Notes under the pieces: generated by a model
Databases searched by the model: none
What the model was told of the DNA's origin: nothing
The model's input: only the letters and a program-made list of their open reading frames with translations
Made by a program: the position numbers and the translations under genes
In this document: positions 1 through 12,669 of the stretch, piece after piece
Layout of the letters: every line of letters begins with the position of its first letter
Numbering within the stretch: position 1 is the stretch's first letter
Source: Chromera velia
Taxonomy: Eukaryota
Assembly: GCA_018398765.1 (NCBI GenBank)
Contig: JAHBMJ010000513.1
Coordinates: 1 to 46,235, forward strand
Length of the DNA: 46,235 nt
Direction: 5' to 3'

Positions 1-50
<50 letters not shown>

Positions 51-276
51 GAATGACAAACAGATGCACATGACAAGTGTTGAGCAGGGGAGGAAGAGAG
101 ATCCCATGAGATGTTGTTCCCCGAGCTCTTTGGGGCCGCCCTTTCAGAATTCCTCAACAGTTCACGGAGGGACGGAAGGAAGGCTCAATTCTGGACAAGG
201 AAAAATGAATCAAACGAAAATGGACGCACGAACAGACAGACTATAAGGTTTCAGACAACCAGACAGAAAGACAGAC

Positions 277-309
<33 letters not shown>

Positions 310-390
310 GGCAGGCAGAGAAAAAGAAAGAGAGAGAGAGAGAGAGAGACAGAGAAACAGACAGACAGACAGACACACACACACACAGAC

Positions 391-430
<40 letters not shown>
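1..430. repeat. Compound (AC)n/(AG)n/(ACAG)n microsatellites, representative of intronic repeats across the window
   Basis: Direct reading. Similar tracts occur at 2385-2610, 5365-5392, 5945-6020, 8890-8970 and 38015-38046. Confidence 0.9.
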
Positions 431-433
<3 letters not shown>

Positions 434-565
434 GATGGAAAGAAGTACGGGAAAAAGAGGCGGGAGTTCGTTTTCTTTTTCACGGGACTCTGCCCTTTTT
501 ATGTATCGAACGCATGCATTCGACTTCTTCCCTTTTTCCCTTCCCCTCTCCCCCTCTTTACTGAC

Positions 566-2423
566 TCTGTCTGTCATCGTCAGAGTCGAGAAAGTCAAAC
601 AGGAGGTCGAGGAATCCCATCCAAGCCCCCGTCTGCACGCATGGAAGCACGTCAACAAACAAACAGCATGCATGAGAATAGAGCTGCATGCACACATCTG
701 CCTTCCCTTCCTCTGTTTGCGCTGCTCGTTTTCTGTTTCCACAGACGTGCGTCTTTTCTCTCTCACACACCGATTGGAAAAATCAGACCAGATCTTCTGA
801 GTAGGCGCAGAAACGAGTCCAGGCAAGCCAGTGCAACGAGCCTAACACAATCAGTCTACGTACATGTGTGGAGTCACCAGACAACCGGCCTTTCAAACGA
901 AAGCATCCATCACCAGACAGACCTCCCCCCCAAATTCCGATCAACGAGAAAAGAAGACAGGAGACGAAAACAAGAAAAAGAAAGACAGACAGACAGACAG
1001 AAAGAAAGAAAGAACGAAAGAAACAAAAAAAAAAAGAAAAAAATAAAGAAAAAACCGACCGGCAGCTTCACCCTGTTGACATCCACCTTCGACCAATTAC
1101 CGCTCAGAAGAGACTGCAGTCGAAAGCAGAGAACACCAAGGTAAGAAAATTCAGATTCAGTGTCTGAGCACGAGACAAGCCAAGAGAACAGAGTCCGAGG
1201 TTGGAAATCAAAGGGAAAAAATGATTTCTTACTGTCCGAATTCTCTTGCCTGCGTGCGTGCGTGTGTCTATGTCTGGCCTATCTACCCTATCTCCTCTTC
1301 TTGCTGACGTCAAAGTAGGCGCATTTTCTCAAGGACTCTTCCAAGACGCGGAGGGTTTTCTGTTCTCCTGCACACAGAAACGGAATCACAGAGACAGAGA
1401 TGCACACAGAAGGGTGAGTTCGTTCAAGCGTGCACAAGTCAGGCAGACAGTTCAATTGGTGAGTCAAGCACGCCAGCTCGATATGGATTTGAAAAACGGT
1501 GAGTGCAAATTGTTTCCTGGGCGACCAAAAAGGTTGAGCAGATGCGTGTCGTGTGCTGTGGGACCGTGACTCAGATAGAGGTCAGTGAGCGGGGAAGGGA
1601 AAAGAGAGGGAAGCATCGGAATCGAGGCAGCGCCCCTTGTGACGATTTCGATCGTTGCATGGGAAAAGTTCGGCATCACATAAGGAGAAAAGGCAAGGAG
1701 CAGAGGGGAGGTAAGGAGAACTGTCGACTCACCTGTGTCGATCGCTGTGAAGGTGATCGTCCTGCAGAGGAAGGGAGGCACAATGACCCGAAGTGCAGTG
1801 CAGTGCAGTGGAGTGAGAGAAGACAATTCGTTTTACTGCAGAGATGTTTCCGGCTTTTAAAGGCCGAGGCCATGGGCAGACAAACGGCAAAACAGATTGC
1901 CGCCCTGAAGACAGACAGATAGAGAGCTCGGAACGTGCAGAGGAAGGAAACAGAAAAAGAGGGTCGGACGGACCTTGCTGGTTTGGAGTTGTGGGCCGCT
2001 TGGGAGGTTTGGCCAAAGGTCACATCCTGCACAGACAGACAGACTATATGTTTCTTCTTCTTCTTCTTCTTCTCCCTCCTTTTCTTCATGAACACAACAG
2101 ACAAAAAGAAAGAAAGAACAAAGACAAAGGAACAGCACCAACAATCAAACAGCGTGGGCAGGGGGCCCGAAAGGTGAGAGTTAAGCGCCCCTTGCCTCTC
2201 CACCTCCCGACAGACTTTCACGTGATCACTGGTTTCACACGCTAATCCTCTGCTGCTTCCACTCAAGACAAGAAAGAGAAGAGAAGAAGACAAGACAAGA
2301 AAAACCAACAAATAAAAAAGAACAAATAAAAAAGAAAACGAAAAAAGAAAAGAAAACTGCACGTGGGGACCGGCACCGTCATGGCAGGCAGGCAGGCAGA
2401 CAGACAGACAGACAGACAGACAG

Positions 2424-2485
<62 letters not shown>

Positions 2486-2573
2486 ATTCACTCACTCACG
2501 CAGTCACTCACTCACTCACTTACTCACTCACTCACTCACCGACTCACTGACTCAGTCCCTCACTCACTCACAG

Positions 2574-2611
<38 letters not shown>

Positions 2612-2838
2612 CGAGGGAGAGGGAGGGAGGGAGAGGGGGAGAGAGTGAGAGAGGGAAGGAGGGAGGGAGAGAGATGGGGGGGGGGACACATCACAGGCAC
2701 CTCAGACGGAACAGAACGGCAGTATGCTGAAAAGGAGAGAGCACCAACCTGCAGCTGGGGATAGTAAATGTTGCTGGTGCCTTCTTCAGTATCCTCCATC
2801 GGAAAATTACCCGAGAGGGATTCTCCCAGGTTCAGCAT
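566..2838 (-). CDS. BTB/POZ-like domain protein, 5' part (micro-exon gene that probably continues beyond the left edge)
   Basis: Manual splicing of phase-compatible GT..CAG-bounded exons 2838-2749, 2026-1974, 1761-1733, 1367-1309, 1113-1060 and 632-566. This gives MLNLGESLSGNFPMEDTEEGTSNIYYPQLQ-DVTFGQTSQAAHNSKPARTITFTAIDTGEQKTLRVLEESLRKCAYFDSLLSGNWSKVDVNRVKLPTGAWMGFLDLLFDFLDSDDDRQ. The pattern (beta strand, G-x-x, L..C.YF..LL.G.W, V.LP, F..LL.FL) resembles a BTB fold. All donors have G at +5, as in the other genes here. The domain call is by eye. Confidence 0.6.
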
Positions 2839-3805
2839 GGAGGTCTACGTTCTTGCGACTCTCGTTTTCTGCTTGCCACTTCTTTCGGTCTGCCGCGCTT
2901 CCCTTTCACACCACTGAGACGGGAGGCTCGGTCAAACTGTTCGCCGCTTCAACGATCCACGCAGGGATCGCGAGCAGTTCAGCACTGCCGTACAGCAAAC
3001 TCTCACTCAGGAGAGGTTGTCGTGCGAGCGGATACGGGGAGAAAGCAGCAAAGCGTGTTCGCGTTCGTTACTCAATCTGTGATCCTTTCACGAGGTATCT
3101 GCAGTGAAAGCAGCACTGACTGATCAATCCCGCAAGGGCTTGTTGAGAGAAATACGACAAACCCAGGGCCACAAGATCGGACTCCAGCGTTCAAACTGTT
3201 TTGCTCCGCCGGAGAGAATGAGGAACGGCAGTCAGCACGATCAGCACTGCTGAAAAGACAAAGAAGTGTTGTCGGAATCTGAAGATCGCTGCATGCTTTT
3301 TTCGGGAGATTTTGATGGGGATTGCCGGGGTCTTTGTCCGCGAGAGGGCCCAACTGTCATGGCCCATGCAACCATCATCAACCTTGCATGGCAACCTGTA
3401 TAACGGAGCATGCAGGCCCCGGCATGCCCCGCGCGCCGCCGCATGCAGAAGCAGAGAGCCTATGTCAGAGAGCCTTGACTTCAATTGACTTCGGCATCCG
3501 CACACTTGATTCCTTGAAGTTCCTTCGTTCCATCATATTCCAGCATGTAGGTAATACATTCCAGCGACTGCACCCAAACTAATTTTGGCGTCCATCCAGA
3601 TCTGCACAAATCACACAACCGGTACGCGTTGGTCAATTTGAATCATCTCAAAGAAGAGGTGTAGTAGGCCTGACTGTGAATTTACGCTGTCTCGCTCTGC
3701 AGACTGAACTCTCCAGTTCTGCCAGTTCTGCTTACTCACAACGAGGGAAAGACCGCTCCTGTTCAGACTCCTAGTTTCCTGTTTATTCAAGCTCCAAAGC
3801 GCATA

Positions 3806-5359
3806 ATGGCAGACGTTGCGGGAGGCGAGAGAGAAAGAGAGAAAAGGCCGGCAGAGCACCCTCCCGGCGGGCCCGCAGCAGCTGCTGCTGCTCCTGCCGT
3901 GGAAGGGGATGATGAAGAGGAGGATGACGATTTCGGTCGGTGTAGCTTTCTTCTTCTTCTGACTTTGGTTCTTTTGTGGGGGGTGCGTTTTGTTTTTGTG
4001 AGTTTGTTCCTTTGAAGACCACAAAAATAAAATTCTAGCTGAGGCTGCCGTCTCCTTCTGTTCCTGATCGCCTCGTGTGCTTCCTCCGGACGGTGTCCCT
4101 GCACGCAGGTCCCATGCCCCAGCCTGCTGCTGGACAGACAAAAAAGAAGCGGAAAGGTCAGAGGGTCTTCAAGGCCGAGAAATATACTGTATGAAAAGCA
4201 ATGAAGTCTCACCTGCGATCACGGGAGGGGATGGGAAGGGAACGTGTTTGGGTGCAACAGTTAGGTCCACTCCTGCACGGCAGGCACATGCCATGATTTC
4301 CCCTTTGCTTTGCCTTCCTCGTCTCTGTCCGTATCTTTCGTCTTTTTTTCCTTCCCCACTTTGAAAGAGGCTTCTCTGAGTATGATATGCGTCGGAGAAG
4401 TGCAGATTCCACTGGATGACTTAATTTTAGTTGTTTTGTTTGCAGTTGTGATCGACGAGGCCATGTACCTCCAGAACCTGCCGAGTGGGGAAATGTACGA
4501 GAAAAGTTTCATGCACAGAGAGGTTGTCACCAAGGGTGAGTACCTGAGTGTGTATCTGCATTCAAGGAACAGAAGGACCTTGAAGGACGCGCAGGGGAAA
4601 AAACAAACCCACCGTCTGCATGTCCATATGATCGTGCGTCCCTCTGTGCCCTTCGTCCGCCAATCCCCCCTTCCTCCTTCCTCTGCTACTTTCTGTCTCC
4701 CTACCCCCTACCCCGACTACCCCCTCGTGTGAATCCCTGATGGCGTGCAGAAGTGGACGGTTACAAGAAAGCACAGACCGCTGGCCGGCTGGCAGCCTCT
4801 GTGTCCGCCTGTTGGCAAAAGAAAAAAGAGAGGAAGAAAAGAGAGGGAGAGCAACCAAACACACGGCCTCTCTGTCTGTCTGTCGGAGAAAAAGGGAAAG
4901 AAAAGACGATATAGTCTGTCTGTCTAGAAGGGGGAAGAAGAAACATAGAGTCTGTCTGTCTGATTGCAGTTGTGTGTTCCAGCGAGAGTGAGTTCATCCT
5001 GACCGGCAGCGCAGACGGTCACGTTAAGTTCTGGAAGAAGACCTTCGACGGTATCGAGTTTGTGAAGCACTTCAGGGCACACTTGGGTGGGTTGGTGGGT
5101 GAATTTTTGTTAGAAGCCAGTCGTTCGGATCGTGTCTGTCTTGCTTTCTTGCTTGGGTCCATGTTGGGTGTGTGAGGTTGCTTTGCCTTGCCTTGCGAGG
5201 TTGATCTGAGGAGGCATGGGTGGATGAAGAGAGGAAATGGAGGGGAGATGGGAGGACCGCAGGACGTAGGCCAGGTGAGAATGTGTCATGCTAAAATGGC
5301 AAGTCTGTCTTCTCTCTCTCTCTCCCCCCCTCTCTCTCTGCCTCTCTCCATCTTTCCCT

Positions 5360-5393
<34 letters not shown>

Positions 5394-5953
5394 TCTTCAT
5401 CAATCTCGTGTTCATCTTCCACGCCCCTTTTGATCCTTCCTGTATATTCCTTCAGGAAAGCTGTACGATCTCAGTCTGAGCGAGGATGGGGCTTTTGCGT
5501 GCTCTGTCGGGGAAGACTCCGCAATGAAGACGTTCGATGTCCTCAACTTCGGTCAGTGCATGGGTGCTTCCTTTTGGAAGGAACTTTCACCTCTCTCCCT
5601 GCTTTCGCCTCCCGATTCCGTCCCTGCAGATAGTTGTTGTTCCCTCCTGCTGCTCGATGTCGAAACGAAGAAAAGCAATGCCGTCCGGGTCCATCCACTG
5701 TTCTGGCGGGAGTCGCACAGTGGCAATTCTCTTTTGTCTTTCTGTGTTTCTTGCGTACTTTCTAGGGACACCAGTCAGAATGGCTACACCTCGCAACAGT
5801 AAAAGAGCAGATCGTCAGGGCTTCATCGACTCGGGTGAAGCTTCGGGACATGCCCTCCTGCTTTCAGGGACGCCGACAACTTTTGTCGTTTTGTCCGCTG
5901 AGCTGCTAGCTCTTCCCCCAGTGCACATATCTATGATTGTGCCTGTGTGTGTG

Positions 5954-6021
<68 letters not shown>

Positions 6022-8891
6022 TTCTATGAATGCGGCTATTTGCAGACTTGGTGTGCATGACGAAGCTGTCTTTCCGGCCCTTCGCGTGCTGCCTCCTCCA
6101 CAAGAAGGGCGAACTCTCCCCCCTAGTCGCCGTGTAAGTCTTTCGAGGAAATAGATTTTCCTTCCGTGCTTGGTTGTCCCCCACACTTCTCGTCTCACAA
6201 TTTCTTTACACCCAGCAGTGTCAAGGCCAGCAGTGATTCACAAAACACAGAGGTCATCCATGTGTGTCAGTGATCCCCTTTTTGCTCCCCTCCCCTCCCC
6301 GTTACCTCGTTTTGTTGCACACTCTTGGCCCATTTCCCTTCTCTCCAGAAGCGTTTCTTCTGCTTAGCAGCAGCCTCCATTCCCATGCATGTAATCCTCT
6401 CGTGATTCCTTTTTTTTTTTCTTTGACAGAAAGCAGAGTCGAAGCTTGACGTGGACCATCAACGATTTTGTCGAGATCCATTTTTTCTTCAATGAATCGT
6501 TCTGCCTTCTTCTCTCTCCTTCTATGTGACGACGCAAGCCCTGTTCTCTTCTCTGGCCTCCTCAGAAGTTTCTCTTCTCTTGTCTTGTCTTCTCTCGATC
6601 CCTCGTCCTCGTGCATTCGTGCATGCATGCATGTATGCATGCACGTATGCAGGTCAGAGCGTCAGTCTCCATCCCTTCACCTCCTGGAGGCCATGACTGG
6701 AAACGGAACTCCTCTCCGGACCCTCACCAGACACGTCGCTCCTGTGCACATCATCCGCGCACTCCCCAAACTCGGGTTTGCCCTCTCAATCGACAGGAAG
6801 GGGGGTATCGAGCTTTGGGACCCTCAGAGCGTCTCGCCCCCCTTTGCAATGCCCACCAAACAATCCACTGGGGGGACTTTCAGATTTGGTTCCAAGATGG
6901 ACACCGACATGTTTGAATTGCAAAAGGTGGGTCCTCCTCCCTGCCAGATAGATAGATAGCTTTTTCTGAAAATGTCACGAAAAGAAAAGAAAGCAAAGCA
7001 AAACAAAACGGTACAGGAGTCCTCCTTCTCCATGAACGGACGAACGAACGAAAGAAAGAAAGAAAGAAAGCCTTCCTCAATCGGCTTCCCCTCCTTTTGT
7101 GCCTAGTCCAAAAGAATGACAGACATAGACAGACATAGCTTCCAGAACACAAGAGAGGCAGGTGATTTGTTTTAATTCTGCCTCTCGCTTTCTCGCTTGA
7201 TCACCCCCTCTTTCGATCTCCCCATTTTGCCCCTTCAAAATGCAGTGTCAGCTTCCTTGAATATCCCCTAAGCGCACCACGACTGCATTCATGCATGCAG
7301 AGCGGTACCAGTGCGAGTGCTGTCGGCGTGGCTCCTGACTCCAGCCTGGTCGCGATGCTTTGCGAGGGTAGGCGGGCTGCATTTTGGACGAACGTGTGTG
7401 TATGTGTGTGAGAGAGAGAGCAGAAGGCAGAAAGGGAGGGCAACTTCTCCATCCCACTTTGGAACAGAATCGCATTCTCTCTCAACTATCGTTTTTAGCA
7501 ATCAGAGGTGAGTCACGCGATGTGAAGGAAGGGAGGCACATCCTCGAGTTGTGTGACGATGTTGACGGGACGGCAAAAGGAGATGCAGACAGAGCAGACG
7601 GGCGACAACAAAGAGAAAATAAATGAAATACTTGGCATCCCTCTTGACGCTCTGCCCTCTTTGTTCTATTGTTCAACTTCTTGCTTTCTCTTCTTTCAGT
7701 TTTTCCTTCATTCCTTCCTTTCTTTCTTGCCTGTTTGCATCTGTCCGTCATTTCTTCTGTGAGCCCTCCCTTTTGATTCCCGTTTCTTCCTTCCTTGTTT
7801 GCAGACTTCCACCTTCGTGTGTTCAGGACTCACAGCTTCAAACTCGTGAAGAAATTCGATGAAACCATCGAAGTCAGTCTGTCAGTCAGTCAGACAAGGA
7901 GTGAGTGGGTGTGTATTTGGGTAGCTGAATTAGTGTGAAAGAGAGGCTGCAAAAGCGGTGTCCTTTTTTTTTTTTTGACATTTTGCTTCGCTTGTTTTCC
8001 TGCTGCTCTGTTGGAAGGATTTCTTTCCGTCTATTTCGCAGTGTGTCTGTCGATCCGTGTGGAAGTTCTCTGTGTGCTTGCTCGGCTCCTTCCTCTTCAT
8101 GCGCGTAAATTGGCCGTCTCTGTGATTTCCTTTTCCTTACTTGTCCTCTTCTGTCTCTCTCTCTCTGTCTGCAGATGTACCAGACCGCCCAGGTAGACCC
8201 CAAGATGGCTCTTCTTCATATGGACCGACTGGACTTCGGAAAGAAATTGGCGGTAGAGAAGGTCAGGAAGGGGGGGGGGTGAAAGGGGGGTCTCTTCGTC
8301 TTTCTCTCTGTCACTCGGTGTCCATCTGCCTTATTGTGGCTGTTCTTGATTTGTTTTTCCATACACCTCTACAGAATTGAGACAAGACATGAGGACTGTT
8401 TTTTGTCCCCCTTCTGTTCTTCCATGCTTCTGACTGCATCTGTCTGCTGCAGGAGCTGCGTCGTTCGTTCGATTCCGTTTCTCTCCAGACTCTGATGTTC
8501 GACGAGAGCTCAAATTTCCTCATCTACCCGTCAATTGTCAGTGAGTCCCTTGTTTCTTCATTTCTTCATTTCTTTAGTGATGGGCTCTTTCTCTTCCGTC
8601 CGGCTTCCTTCCTTCACTTCTGGAACGGTTGTGAAAGGGAAGGGGTCGGCTTTTCTCTTCGTGGCCGCCTTTTCTCTTCTCTTTTGTATCGATTGGGTGA
8701 CGTGGAGCTTTGGCCAAATTTTCTGCGTTTTTCCGTTCCTTTTTCTGGCGGCTGAATAAGGTGAAAGTTCTTTTTGCCCGCAACGCAACGTCAGGTTTCT
8801 CACTTTTTTTCACGCAGACGGAAGTGACGGGAGAGAACTTGGCCTTGGGATTGGTCTGTCTGATGGGCTGCTTGAGAGAACCTCCAAGTAA

Positions 8892-8958
<67 letters not shown>

Positions 8959-11900
8959 GTGTGTGTGTGTCTGTTGCTTTGTGCAGGTTGGCATCAAGGT
9001 GGTGAACCTGACGAATAATAAGGTGGGGGTTTTGGGGAGTGAGTGAGCGGGTCGGTAGTTGGGTGATTTTGGTTTCGCTTCTGCGTATTTTGATTGGTGG
9101 GTGTTTTGAATTCATTGTGTGGGGTGTTTTTGCTTTGCAGCTGTGCCGCGTGATTGGGAGGGGAGAGAAGACAGAGAGGTTCCTCGCGTGCGCACTTATC
9201 CAGTGCAAGCCAAAAAAGGTCAGTCAGTCAGTCAGACGGGGGTGTGGTGATGCAGATGAGACGTGAGGGGTTATCCTTCTCGGTCTCGTTGTCAATTCAT
9301 TTGATACCGCTCCGTTGTGAAAGTACCTGCTCCTTTCCTTCCTTTTTCTCTCACTGTCTCTTTCATTCATGTGGAGCTCTTTCGTCCAGTCGATGAGTCA
9401 GTGAGTGAGTGAGTGAGTGAGTGAGTGAGTTGATCCAGCAGGTGCCAAAGCTGTCCTCCTGCATTCCCCGTAAAGGGGGAGAGCGAAGGCATTTGTTTGT
9501 TTGACATCATCTGTGTTTAAGATCCGTTCTTTCTTTCTTTCTTTCTTTCTTTTCTTTCTTTCTTTCTTTCCTTCCTTCCTTCCTTCCTTCCGAGTGGACT
9601 TCCTTCCTTCTTTCCGTTCTTCGTTCCTTCACCATCTGGCTGTTTGTTTTCCTCGTTTCTTTCTTTCTTGCAGAAGAAGACCAGCGGTGCGATTATGAGC
9701 TCCTCCGGTGCCTCGACTCGCATTGAGATGGCAGACCCCACTTTGATCTGCAGTGGGTACAACCGTCACAGGTGGGCGCTTGAGCGTGGGTATATATGTG
9801 AGAGGGGGGGGGGGGACAGATTCGGAGAGAAAGGGAGAGAGAGAGAGAGAGAGAGGCAACACGATGAGGCAAAGGGGTGCCTTCCGTTTCGTTTCTTTGT
9901 TTCTTTCCTTCTTTTCGCCTTCAAAGTCCCCGCACGTGCCTTTTCCGTTCTCTCTCCAGTGCCCCCCCCGCTTCCCCTCTTTCACTAATTCTCTTGAAAT
10001 GAGAAGTCATCGGAAGGAAGACGGAGGGAGCAGCAACGGAGTATATATCAAATGAGAGGACAAGATGTGGAAATAAACATTCATCTTTCTTTCCATTGTC
10101 CCCACTACACCGTCTCTTTGTCTTTCTCATGAACGAAGGTCCATGCTCGACATATCCGTTCATGCAGGTTTTACCTCTTCAGCCAGAGAGAACCCGAGGA
10201 GGCCTCACACGCCGAGGGGGGGGGGGGGGCTGTCCGTGATGTGTTCAACGAGAAGCCCTCAAAGGAGGAGGCAGCAGCTGCGATTGCGGGTGAGTGGGAG
10301 GGAGAGAGGCGTTCGATCGCTGCAGTGACAGAGTGTCTCGTGCCTCTCTCTCTCTTCAATTTCTCTCTCTCTGTTCATGAAGGCATGAAGGGGGGCCTGG
10401 GGGGGATTTTGCCCCCTTCCGAGCATTGGAATTCGAAATGCAAGAACGTTTCATGAAGAGGGAGAAGTCAATGTGTCAGTGAGTAAATCGCACAGAAACG
10501 AGATAGACTGAGGGATTGTCTGCTCTCTCTCTGTTGTATTCACTCTCCCTTCGTTTCCGTCTGCAGATATGCAAAACGAAAGGGCTCTGGCACTCGGCAA
10601 GCAGGCGACGATTCACACGACGATGGGGGACATCATCATTAAACTGTTCGCATCAGAGGTGCCCCGCACGGTCGAGAACTTCACTGTCCATTCACGCAAC
10701 GGGTTCGTTTTTTATCAATCAATCAGTCTTTGCATCCACTTTGCTTCCTATCTGCCTGTTTCATTCCTTTCGTTCGTCCCGTTCTTCTGCCTCATCTTCG
10801 TCTCTCTCTGTTCCCTCTCTTTCGTATCATATTCGCTTACCCCTTCCTTCCTGTTGCCTGCACAGACAAGGTGTTTGTCTGGCCTGCTTCTGAATCTCGA
10901 CGGGAAAAGGAACAGCAGTGGGGCATTTGGTCTTTTTCGCATCTTCAAGTCGATCTCTCTGCCTGCTTCTAGATGCGAAGATGCTTCCCGGCTCCTTGTA
11001 TGCCTTCTTCCTTCATGGGTCACCTGTCTCCCTCGAGTCCTTTCTTCGCTGGTGCCTCTGTTTTTCCTTTCCCTCTTTTTTTCTTTTCTCCCTCATATCC
11101 AACATCTTTTCGCACCTGTCTGCTTGCCTGCTTGCTTGCTTGCCTGTCTGCCTGTCCGTCTATCTGTTTGACTGCCTGCCTGCAGGTACTTTGACGAGAC
11201 GAAATTCCACCGGGTGATTAAGGGCTTCATGATACAGACGGGGGACCCGAAGGGAGATGGCACTGGGGGTGCGTTGTGGGGAGGGGGAGGGCTTCCTTTT
11301 GCCATGCGGGGGGCATCCAGAATGCAAAGAATTCACTGAAATATTTATTTTTTGAACGATCTAGTTGTTTTCCCTGAGAAAAGCGTTTTTTTTCTGTTTT
11401 CACTGCTTGCTCCTTTCTTTCATTTGGTTTTTCCGGAGAGCAAGTTCGGGAGCACCAGAGTCATTTTGTCAATAAACTTTTTCGTCCTCCTCATACATCT
11501 TTCCTGCTTCTTGCAGGGGAAAGCATCTGGGGGGGAGATTTCGAGGACGAATTCCATCGGAGTCTGAAGCACGACAGGCCGTACACGGTCTCTATGGCCA
11601 ACTCGGGGCCCAACACGAACGGGTCGCAGTTCTTCATCACCACGGTCCCATGCCCATGGCTGGACAACAAGCACTCGGTGTTCGGGAGGGTCGTGAAGGG
11701 AATGGACGTCGTGCATGCGATCGAGAATGTCAGTCCGTTTGTCCGTCAGTCTGATATTCTCATCGACGTACCTATCTGCGTCTTCCTGTCCTCCACCGAC
11801 AACAGCCGCTCTCTGCTCTGTCTTTCTGTTCCCACATCTCCCTCTGTGTGTATGTGTGTGGGTGTGGGCGTGGATTGATGGGTGAGGGGGTCGGTAGGTG

Positions 11901-12249
11901 AGGAAGTCGTAGCTTGACGTCACTTCCTCTTCAGTTTATCTCCTTTTTCGAGAAGGGGAAACAGGAAGCCGGGGGGGGTGTAGCGCAACATTAGTGTTCT
12001 GGAATCAAGAAGTTTTCATGTTGAGGAACGAGTCGGTGTACCATTAGTCGCCCAGTCTGCCAGCCCCTTGAATTTATTCTGAAATGCGAGGGAAGTCATT
12101 CAATGGATTCTGAAAGGCGAATGCCCATTTGCTCCTCTGCTTGTTACTCATGGCCCGTCTTCCTCTATGTCTGCGTGCAGGTGAGAACCGACGGTTCAGA
12201 AAAGCCGTACAAGGACGTGAAAGTGCTTACAATCAAAGTGACCAGTTGA
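3806..12249 (+). CDS. PPWD1: Peptidylprolyl isomerase domain and WD-repeat protein 1 (WD40 + cyclophilin; CYP71/Cyp15-like), 19 exons, 660 aa
   Basis: Exons 3806-3935, 4109-4156, 4446-4535, 4970-5086, 5456-5551, 6046-6133, 6653-6926, 7301-7367, 7805-7872, 8175-8261, 8453-8536, 8987-9022, 9141-9218, 9674-9771, 10168-10289, 10567-10702, 11186-11268, 11517-11728 and 12181-12249 splice in frame (1983 nt, ending TGA). Family motifs: [57 protein letters not shown]. Cyclophilin motifs: [51 protein letters not shown]. Confidence 0.96.
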
Positions 12250-12669
12250 TTCACAGTCAATTCAACACTCTGATCTCAATGTGATTGCCAAATTGCGCGC
12301 GATCGATTCTGCCATTTTTATAGTCGTTTTCCTAAAACTTTCCATCGACTGATATTTTTCTGTAGTACATCTCTATAGTATTTTCTCTTTTTTTTTGTAA
12401 GTGGCTGAAAAATTGGGATTTGCTTGAGTGCATGTATGTGATACCTGCACAATCATGATAACTTAAATTTGTTATACTTCTGCTTCTCTATACTTCATTT
12501 TGATTTCGATTGATTTATTGTGTAGAAACGTAGGTAGAAACGCCCGATTCTCTTACCGACTTTACTAGCGATTTTTAAAGCGATTTTAAAATCTATATAT
12601 AGTTTGAAATTTTGAGGAGTAAAAATTTGAAAATGAAGAGTCTCAATTTCTAGCCCAATTTCTTGCTGT

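Noticed and set aside
1526..1555. Possible extra 30-nt exon (AHDTHLLNLF) in the BTB-like gene
   Set aside because: It is phase-compatible, but its donor GTCGCC lacks the +5 G seen in every other donor, and the BTB-like pattern reads better without it. At most a minor cassette exon.
6615..6652. (ATGC)n tracts as ApiAP2 TGCATGCA binding sites
   Set aside because: This tract is intronic, runs straight into a TGCAG acceptor and behaves as one of many microsatellite types. There is no positional evidence for promoter function.
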